A stretch of DNA of 12,592 bases, taken from positions 1-12,592 of the forward strand of contig JBNAWM010000042.1 in the NCBI GenBank assembly GCA_049699855.1, in the 5' to 3' direction. The notes under the pieces are model-generated. The model saw only the letters and a list, made by a program, of their open reading frames with translations. It made no database searches and was not told the origin of the DNA. Origin of the DNA: Candidatus Cryosericum sp. Lineage in GTDB: Bacteria > Caldisericota > Caldisericia > Cryosericales > Cryosericaceae. This document shows positions 6,812-12,592 of this stretch, piece by piece. A program made the position numbers and the translations under genes. Position 1 is the first letter of the stretch; the number at the start of each line of letters is the position of its first letter.

Positions 6812-8317
6812 ATGAGCGATGCATGGCGAGAGTATTTCTTCATCGTGCCCGACGAGGGCGACGCGCATGTCCTGCTGGTACCCGAGGGCAAGCTCTGGAC
6901 ACTGCCGCATGTCCGGGTAGCGGGGTCCTCCCCGTGGCAGTCCGTGGCCCCTGTCAACAAGGCAGCCAATGACGCCCTGGGCTTTCGCGCCACGACGCGC
7001 CGCTGCGTTTCGCCGGACATGGACCCGGGTTCGCCGGTGCCGGAGCTGGTGTACGTGGTCGAGAACCATGCGGCGACGTGGACGGCGCCCGCTGCCGCGC
7101 GGTGGGTGGGCGCAGGCGATCTGGCCAGCGTGCAGCTTGCCACACCGGGCATGGCACGGGTGCTCAAGGAGTGGTTTGCATGGGTGAACGCGGCCGACAC
7201 CTCCCTGCGTGTGCCATGGTACGAGGCGGGATGGATGAAGAAGGCCGGAGCATGGATGGTACAGCAGCTTGCCCGGATGGACACCGCCCCCACCGGACCG
7301 GTGGAGCAGGTCTACTCGTGGCAGCGCTCCTGCGTCCTGCGGCTGCCGACCACGCACGGCGGTGTCTACTTCAAGGCCGTGCCGGCGGTCCTGGCCAGCG
7401 AGGTATCGGTAAGCGTCTTGCTGGACCACGAGGTTCCCGGCATGGTGGCAGAGATCCTGGCGGTCGATGCGGGCCAGCGCTGGATGCTAATGCGCGACAT
7501 GGGCGCAAGGACGCTGGACAGCGTTCCGGCGCTCGAGCAGTGGAAGGCTGCCGTTGCCGCCTACGCCCAGCTTCAGGTAAGCTGGGTGGATGCGACGCGC
7601 AGGTTTGCGGTCGCCGGCTGTCCCAACCGGGGACTGCTGAAGCTGGTGGAATCCATCGATCGACTGCTCACCGACACCGTTGCCATGAAGCCTGGTCAAC
7701 CCGACGGGCTCTCGATGAAACAGATCCATGCACTGCACTACCGGGCGCGGGCGCTGAAGATCGCCGCGCACCGCCTGGGAACCCTGCGCCTGCCCGTCAG
7801 CGTGGACCATGGCGACTTCTGGGCGGGCCAGGTCGTCGACGGGAGTGCCAACCCCGTCTTCATCGACTGGTCCGACGCATCGATCTCCCACCCCTTCTTC
7901 TCGATGGCCTTTTTCTCAGACGATGACGAGATGCGCCCGTACCTCGGCGACATTCCGGACATTGCCCTGCAGATGCGGGATGCCTACCTGGAGCCCTGGA
8001 CCGTCTACGAGCCCTACGACATCCTGACGCAGGCTTGGAGCATCGCGTGCTCGCTGGCGCCGCTCAGCACCGCACTGCTGTATCACGACCACATCCTGCC
8101 GGGCATGGAAGTGCAGTGGGAGCTGGAGAACATGGTCCCCTACTTCCTCCGCAGCGTGCTGAGGCACCAGGGCGAGGCTCTGCCGACGCTTGGCATGGCT
8201 GACTATGAGCTGGAGGCCGAATCGTTTGAGTACGACCAGACAGAGAGCAGGGCGTCGCAGGGCGCTGCCGAATTCCGGTCACAGCTCGGTGTGGAGCAAT
8301 TCAACCGGCCGCACTAG
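6812..8317 (+). CDS. APH/choline-kinase-like phosphotransferase with a degenerate N-terminal Nudix-like domain, 501 aa
   Basis: Kinase motifs VYFKA, WMLMRD, HGDFWAGQV and FIDWSDA..HPF. The N-terminal ~125 aa (VLLV...WTLP...LG...VYVVE...RWV) resemble a Nudix fold. SD AAGGAGG at 6793-6799. Confidence 0.82.
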   Translation: MSDAWREYFFIVPDEGDAHVLLVPEGKLWTLPHVRVAGSSPWQSVAPVNKAANDALGFRATTRRCVSPDMDPGSPVPELVYVVENHAATWTAPAAARWVGAGDLASVQLATPGMARVLKEWFAWVNAADTSLRVPWYEAGWMKKAGAWMVQQLARMDTAPTGPVEQVYSWQRSCVLRLPTTHGGVYFKAVPAVLASEVSVSVLLDHEVPGMVAEILAVDAGQRWMLMRDMGARTLDSVPALEQWKAAVAAYAQLQVSWVDATRRFAVAGCPNRGLLKLVESIDRLLTDTVAMKPGQPDGLSMKQIHALHYRARALKIAAHRLGTLRLPVSVDHGDFWAGQVVDGSANPVFIDWSDASISHPFFSMAFFSDDDEMRPYLGDIPDIALQMRDAYLEPWTVYEPYDILTQAWSIACSLAPLSTALLYHDHILPGMEVQWELENMVPYFLRSVLRHQGEALPTLGMADYELEAESFEYDQTESRASQGAAEFRSQLGVEQFNRPH

Positions 8318-8329
8318 CCACACTAGCCA
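8312..8329 (+). repeat. 9-bp tandem duplication CACTAGCCA x2 spanning the phosphotransferase stop codon
   Basis: Read directly: CACTAGCCA (8312-8320) CACTAGCCA (8321-8329). Confidence 0.9.
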
Positions 8330-8335
8330 CTTTTC

Positions 8336-8380
8336 CAATTGTGAATCCTTTTGTACCAGGTACAATGGCATTCACAATTG
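8336..8380. repeat. 45-bp near-perfect inverted repeat overlapping the putative GNAT promoter
   Basis: CAATTGTGAAT (8336-8346) and ATTCACAATTG (8370-8380) are perfect 11-bp arms. The concentric inner palindrome is TTGTACC-A-GGTACAA (8351-8365). It contains TTGTGA (8339-8344) and TACAAT (8361-8366). Confidence 0.9.
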
Positions 8381-8391
8381 AGGAAGACGGC

Positions 8392-9297
8392 ATGATGAAG
8401 GTGGTACGGCTCTCGGCAGAGCAGGTGGCCCAGGTTCGGGTTCTGACGGACCTCTGCCAGAAGCAGGATGGGTACTCGATGGCGGCCCGGCTGGACATCG
8501 GGAGGATGGCGACGCGGCCGGAGGATTCGGTCAGCGATGTGCTGTGGTACGAGCAGGGGCAGCTGGTGGGGTTTGCCGGCATGAACACCTATGGCGACTT
8601 GTCCGAAGTCGAGGCGGCAATCCTCGTTCATCCTGCGTTCCGAGGCAGGGGCATCGGGCACGCTGTGGTGCGCGCAGTTGTGCGGGAGTGCCAGATGAGC
8701 GGAATCTGCCGCCTGCTGGTGGTTGTGCCGCACGAGTCAACGGCCGGTGCCGCGCTGGCCGCGGCCATGGGCGCCCGGCACGCGTACAGCGAATGCACTA
8801 TGGACCTCGACCCAGCACGGGTTCCACCCCTTGAGGGGGTTCGCGACCAGGTGGAACTGCGGATGTCGGGAGAGGACGATGTGCCCGTCATGGCGGCAAT
8901 CGTCGCGGCTGCGTTCGCAGAGCCGGTTCAGGAGGAGGAAGAGGCCCTTGCCCGCTTGATGAGAGACCCGGAGCGCGTCACGTACCTCGCGACGCAGGAC
9001 GGGCGGCCCGTGGGCGTGATCCAGTCCGTTATGGACGATGGGCGCGCCTTCATCGTACACTTCGCCGTGAGGCCGGACATGCAAGGGAGAGGCATCGGGC
9101 GTCAGATGCTGCTCGCCATCGTCCATGGCTTGCTGAACAGCGGGCGCACCTGGATCACCATCGAGGTCGAGACGGAGAACGTCGGCGCTCTCGGACTGTA
9201 CCAGCACTGCGGGTTCGTGACCGTGGCTGTCAGGGACTATGAACGGCTGGACCTGCCGAGGATCCCCAGGGCGCCAGAGCTGCTGTTTGGCCGCTAG
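8392..9297 (+). CDS. Tandem (two-domain) GNAT N-acetyltransferase, ~301 aa
   Basis: Two acetyl-CoA-binding motifs, VHPAFRGRGIG and VRPDMQGRGIG, plus C-terminal ENVGALGLYQHCGF. Start at ATG 8392 (or 8395) behind SD GAGG (8380-8383). Confidence 0.9.
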   Translation: MMKVVRLSAEQVAQVRVLTDLCQKQDGYSMAARLDIGRMATRPEDSVSDVLWYEQGQLVGFAGMNTYGDLSEVEAAILVHPAFRGRGIGHAVVRAVVRECQMSGICRLLVVVPHESTAGAALAAAMGARHAYSECTMDLDPARVPPLEGVRDQVELRMSGEDDVPVMAAIVAAAFAEPVQEEEEALARLMRDPERVTYLATQDGRPVGVIQSVMDDGRAFIVHFAVRPDMQGRGIGRQMLLAIVHGLLNSGRTWITIEVETENVGALGLYQHCGFVTVAVRDYERLDLPRIPRAPELLFGR

Positions 9298-10184
9298 AGG
9301 GAGGGAGCGCTGGCGATGCCCGTCAGCTCTTCGCTGATGTGCCAGAGGCGCTGCTGGGCTGTCCGGTCGTATGATGCGCCGGATGAGCGCGCGGCGTGCC
9401 GCCTCTGAAAGTAGCGGCCAGTGATCCCCTCGACATCGCTTGATGATGCCAGCCAAATGCCCGTGTCAGCGCCCTCCTCCGGGCTGATCCCCGAAAACCG
9501 GTCCATCACCAGCTTTGCTGTCCTGATGAGCCAGCCGCTGTCCATGCAGATGTTGGTGCGCACGAGGCCGGGATTGAACGCGTTGACGGTGACACCGCTC
9601 CCCTCAAGGCGCCGAGCCAGTTCATAGGTGAAGAGCAGATTGGCCAGCTTGGACTGCGCATAGGCCTGCTGGGAGAAGTAGAAGCGCTCGCCCTGCAGGT
9701 TGTCCCAGGCGATGCGACCGCGTCGGTGTTCATATGAGGAGGTCACGACGATGCGAGCGGGAGCGCTGCTCGTGAGCACGGGCAGGAGGAGGCTGGTGAG
9801 GAGAAATGGTGCGAGGTGGTTAACGGCGAAAACCTCCTCATATCCATCGGCGGTGACGTGCCGCGTCGGCAGGACCGTGCCGGCATTGTCAATCAAGATG
9901 TGCAGACGGTCCCAGCCCTGCCGGAAGTCCGCGGCAAGCCGGCGCACCTCGTCGAGCGAGGCCAGGTCCGCCCGCAGGAAGTGGACATCGCCGCCAGTGC
10001 TCTGGGCGATGTCGGAGATGAGCTGACTGCCGCGCTCGGCGCTGCGCCCGGTGGCAACCACCGTTGCCCCCATGGCGGCGAGCGACCGCGCCATGACCGC
10101 GCCGATGCCGCGCGTGGCACCCGTCACCAGGCACACTTTGCCCTGCAACACACCAGGGATCGTTCCGATAGCGGTATGGGTCAT
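9294..10184 (-). CDS. Classical SDR, retinol-dehydrogenase/WWOX-like subfamily
   Basis: TGATRGIG, ADLASL, DNAG, FAVNHLAPFLLT, YAQSKLAN, NPGLVRT and LWHISEEL. Confidence 0.93.
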   Translation of the reverse strand: MTHTAIGTIPGVLQGKVCLVTGATRGIGAVMARSLAAMGATVVATGRSAERGSQLISDIAQSTGGDVHFLRADLASLDEVRRLAADFRQGWDRLHILIDNAGTVLPTRHVTADGYEEVFAVNHLAPFLLTSLLLPVLTSSAPARIVVTSSYEHRRGRIAWDNLQGERFYFSQQAYAQSKLANLLFTYELARRLEGSGVTVNAFNPGLVRTNICMDSGWLIRTAKLVMDRFSGISPEEGADTGIWLASSSDVEGITGRYFQRRHAARSSGASYDRTAQQRLWHISEELTGIASAPSL

Positions 10185-11470
10185 TAAAGCGGCTTGATCG
10201 GGGGGGAGTACACCCGCGCCACCGGCACGCTGACCAGCTCGCGCTCGGGATAACGCAGTGCGGTCAAGCTGCCGCCATGGACGCAGCCGGTGTCGATGTC
10301 GATGGTGTTGCCCACCCAGACCGCCTCGGCAACGGGCAGATGTCCCCAGACAACGATGGCGTCCCCCGTGTAGGCGTGCGCCCAGTCGGCCAGGATCTTG
10401 AGTCCGTACGCGTCCCGCTGACCCGTCTGTGTCCCAAAGAGGGCGACATCGCGCGCGTGCGGCGAGTCCACGCCATGCAGGTTCTGCGGCAGGCCTGCAT
10501 GCGCAATGACCAGATTGCCGCCGTTCAGGACCAGGTGCGACGGCAACCCCGCCAGAAAGTCGCGGACCAGTGTCTTCATCTCATCACCAGCCGCATCCAG
10601 CTCCTGCAGGGTGCGATCCAGCCCGTTGCTGATCTTGACCGGCGCTCCCTGCAGTGCTCTCAGCAGTTTGTCATCGTGGTTGCCCGGCACCGCGAGGGCG
10701 GCGCCGGATCGGACCATCGCCATCACGATGAGGAGCGTCCGGACGTTGTGGGGTCCGCGGTCGACGAAGTCGCCGACAAAGACGGCGGTCCTGCCCTCTG
10801 GCGCCGTGATGCGGGGGAGCAAGTCACCCGGGTTGTCGATGCGGTAGCCCATGACCCGCAGCAGCGACAGCAGTTCGTCACTGCACCCGTGGAGGTCGCC
10901 GATCACGTCAAACGCGCCGGGCTTGTCGCGCCAGGCGGTGGGAGACGGCCGCGCCTCTGGGGCACCAAAGGCGTCTGCCTCCTCTGCAGAGTGCAGGACG
11001 ATGACAGGATCGAATCCCTCTGCCTGCAGAACCTCGGGGCTGACGGGCGCCTGTGCGCACTGGCGGTCCACCACGGCGTCCACGACCACGCGGTCCTGCC
11101 GCACCCGGTTGCGCTCTTTGCACACCTGCGGCGGCAGAGCGAACAGGACAGCCATGGCTGGCCGGTGATAGCGCGCGGCCAGCGCGAGGAGCGGACGGCG
11201 GGCTTTGGTTTGCACATTGGTGGCGTCCACGACGGTCAGCCGGCCCGCGCGCAGTCGCTGTTCGACGATGGTGTGCAGAACGGTGAAGGCTGCCGCGGTC
11301 GCAGCCTGGTCAGCCTCGCTGTCGGCAACCATGGCGCGGCACGCATCGGAGGAGACGATCTCCGTCGGCTGAAAGTGCTTCTGCGCGAACGTGGACTTTC
11401 CCGCCCCAGAGGGACCAACAAGAACGACGAGCGTGCCTGGCGCTATGCCAGTTCTGGCAGGCGACATCAT
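10184..11470 (-). CDS. Polynucleotide kinase-phosphatase (Pnkp) N-terminal modules only: P-loop kinase plus calcineurin-like metallophosphoesterase, no ligase domain
   Basis: Kinase: GPSGAGKST, SSDACR, DATN, ERNRVRQDR. Phosphoesterase: GDLHG, GDFVDRG, GNHD, HAG, WGH, IDTGC, LTALRYPE. 428 aa, with a TAATG overlap onto the SDR start. Confidence 0.9.
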   Translation of the reverse strand: MMSPARTGIAPGTLVVLVGPSGAGKSTFAQKHFQPTEIVSSDACRAMVADSEADQAATAAAFTVLHTIVEQRLRAGRLTVVDATNVQTKARRPLLALAARYHRPAMAVLFALPPQVCKERNRVRQDRVVVDAVVDRQCAQAPVSPEVLQAEGFDPVIVLHSAEEADAFGAPEARPSPTAWRDKPGAFDVIGDLHGCSDELLSLLRVMGYRIDNPGDLLPRITAPEGRTAVFVGDFVDRGPHNVRTLLIVMAMVRSGAALAVPGNHDDKLLRALQGAPVKISNGLDRTLQELDAAGDEMKTLVRDFLAGLPSHLVLNGGNLVIAHAGLPQNLHGVDSPHARDVALFGTQTGQRDAYGLKILADWAHAYTGDAIVVWGHLPVAEAVWVGNTIDIDTGCVHGGSLTALRYPERELVSVPVARVYSPPIKPL

Positions 11471-12036
11471 GGTTGGGCGGCGGGATTGCGCAACTCTGGC
11501 TCCAGCAGGTCCATGCAGACCATGTCGCAGCGCACGCGGTCGCGGACGACCGACTCGCGGAAGCTGCCGATCTCCCGGAAGCCCACCTTGAGGTACGCCT
11601 TGTGGCCGCGCGCGTTGATGGACAGGTGACGCAGGAAGATGCTGTGCAGGTTCAGCTTGTCGAACCCGTAGCGGCAGAGCAGGTACAGAGCCTCGCTGCC
11701 ATATCCTTTGCTGTGATACTCCTTCTCACCGATCAGGATGCCGACCTCGGCGGTGCCGTTCCGGTCGTCGATATCCAGCAGGGCGCAATTGCCAATAAGC
11801 TTCTGGTCCTCGGCCAGGCGTATGTCCAGGTGGACCATGCGGCGGCCGGCGGCCCCGGCAACAAACTCGTCATACCACGCGTACTCCTGCTCCAGGGTCG
11901 AAACCTTGCCGTAGTCGAGCAGGAAGACGTTCAGCTCCGGGTCCGTGATCCAGCGCAGGTAGGTGGGAACGTCCTCGCGGCATGCAGGCGTCAAAACGAC
12001 CTTGGTTCCACTCATGATGACCGGCAGGTGCTCCAT
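11467..12036 (-). CDS. RimJ/RimL-family GNAT N-acetyltransferase
   Basis: LIGNCAL, AEVGILIGEKEYHSKGYGSEA, FDKLNLHSI and NARGHKAYLKVGF. SD GAGGAGG; ATGA overlap with the Pnkp start. Confidence 0.92.
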   Translation of the reverse strand: MEHLPVIMSGTKVVLTPACREDVPTYLRWITDPELNVFLLDYGKVSTLEQEYAWYDEFVAGAAGRRMVHLDIRLAEDQKLIGNCALLDIDDRNGTAEVGILIGEKEYHSKGYGSEALYLLCRYGFDKLNLHSIFLRHLSINARGHKAYLKVGFREIGSFRESVVRDRVRCDMVCMDLLEPELRNPAAQP

Positions 12037-12065
12037 GCTCCGACCTCCTCACAATCAGTGAAACC

Positions 12066-12094
12066 AGCATACCAAAAAGGCTGGCGTGATGCAA
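12066..12094 (-). promoter_or_regulatory. Putative sigma70 promoter for the GNAT-Pnkp-SDR operon
   Basis: Minus strand TTGCAT (12094-12089), 17 bp, TATGCT (12071-12066), with an extended -10 TGn. Confidence 0.65.
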
Positions 12095-12152
12095 GCGGCC
12101 GGAGGGCGGGAACCTGCGGAGGAAGTCAGCCGGCGTTGTGCGCCGCGTTTTC

Positions 12153-12182
12153 TTGACAGCTGAAGCCCCCCATCTATACTAT
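12153..12182 (+). promoter_or_regulatory. Putative strong sigma70 promoter for the secreted stalk-domain gene
   Basis: TTGACA (12153-12158) with TATACT (12175-12180, 16 bp) or TACTAT (12177-12182, 18 bp). Confidence 0.7.
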
Positions 12183-12236
12183 TCTCGCTTAGCAGCAAAC
12201 CGGCTTCAGTTCGGTCTTGGACTGTCGCTGTGGCTG

Positions 12237-12281
12237 TGCGCCGTCGTGCGCGCCGCCTCAGGTTCTGCGCCGTCGTGCGCG
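12237..12281 (+). repeat. 16-bp perfect direct repeat TGCGCCGTCGTGCGCG x2 in the 5' leader
   Basis: Copies at 12237-12252 and 12266-12281, period 29 bp. Confidence 0.9.
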
Positions 12282-12338
12282 TACCTCCGGTCGATCGGGC
12301 GTGTTGTCGTCCGCACTCATTTCCCTGGAGGTTGTGCC

Positions 12339-12592
12339 ATGCACACGAGAATGTTCCGCTCTATCTGTCTTGCCTTCCTTGCTGCTGTCATGCTGGTTGG
12401 TGGCTTCCCATCCACGGCTGTCAAAGCCGCGTATCAACCGGTATCGTCGGTTACGCTGACGGTCGGAAGCTCCACGATGACCGTGAACGGCTTCAGCTTT
12501 CCCGTCGACCCCGCAAACCCGAAAGTCACTCCTATTGTGGAGGCAGCCTGGGACCGGGCGCTGGTGCCAATCCGCAACGTGGTGGAGCTGAC
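12339..12592 (+). CDS. Secreted protein with a copper-amine-oxidase N-terminal-like ('stalk') domain, 3'-truncated; not in the supplied ORF track
   Basis: Manual translation gives MHTRMFRSICLAFLAAVMLVGGFPSTAVKAAYQPVSSVTLTVGSSTMTVNG...VTPIVEAAWDRALVPIRNVVEL. It has a signal peptide (VKA cleavage site) and LTVGSxxMxVNG / RxLVPIR motifs. SD GGAGGT at 12327-12332. Confidence 0.85.
   Translation, partial: MHTRMFRSICLAFLAAVMLVGGFPSTAVKAAYQPVSSVTLTVGSSTMTVNGFSFPVDPANPKVTPIVEAAWDRALVPIRNVVEL

Noticed and set aside
8339..8378. Canonical Rex operator
   Set aside because: The half-sites TTGTGAA and TTCACAA are 25 bp apart rather than 4 bp.
6812..9297. APH + GNAT pair as an aminoglycoside-resistance cassette
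   Set aside because: Size and architecture (501-aa fusion kinase, tandem GNAT) differ from APH/AAC resistance enzymes, and there is no integron or transposon context.
10277..11629. 450-aa plus-strand ORF and other long antisense or alternate-frame ORFs (930-2045, 4488-5402, 5060-5947, 6565-7429, 7078-7926, 8737-9456)
   Set aside because: They overlap well-supported genes and show no recognisable motifs. Such ORFs are expected from stop-codon scarcity in GC-rich DNA.
12237..12281. Direct repeat as a CRISPR remnant
   Set aside because: Only two 16-bp copies with a 13-bp spacer, and no cas genes in the window.
12190..12300. GCAAACC... resembling the start of a c-di-GMP-I riboswitch
   Set aside because: It lacks the GNRA tetraloop and the downstream GACGCAAA element. 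Kept only as an unclassified leader.
12217..12459. 80-aa ORF in the ORF track
   Set aside because: TTG start with no SD, and it overlaps the better-supported signal-peptide gene starting at 12339 in another frame.

Overview
GC-rich bacterial window, densely coding, with about 15 CDSs. I found no rRNA, tRNA, CRISPR array or intact mobile element. In order: the receiver-domain end of a probable hybrid histidine kinase; a DUF1294 membrane protein; a GT2 glycosyltransferase converging on a PlsY-like acyltransferase fused to a degenerate dolichol/phytol-kinase-like membrane domain; a DUF1801 protein; a TetR regulator with a palindromic operator and an extended SDR; a probably leaderless unit of ketopantoate-reductase-like enzyme, a second atypical PlsY and a Nudix-like/APH-kinase fusion; a tandem GNAT preceded by a 45-bp palindrome; a minus-strand coupled operon of RimJ/L GNAT, ligase-less Pnkp (kinase plus phosphatase only, no hen1) and SDR; and the start of a secreted copper-amine-oxidase-N/'stalk' domain protein with a long leader. 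The stalk protein and high GC loosely suggest a Caldiserica/Cryosericum-like organism (inference only). The strongest candidate for a new system is a lipid acylation/phosphorylation pathway built on two non-canonical PlsY paralogs, both lacking the motif-3 His and each linked to a kinase-like module. The healing-only Pnkp operon is second. All family calls come from motif recognition by eye, not database searches.
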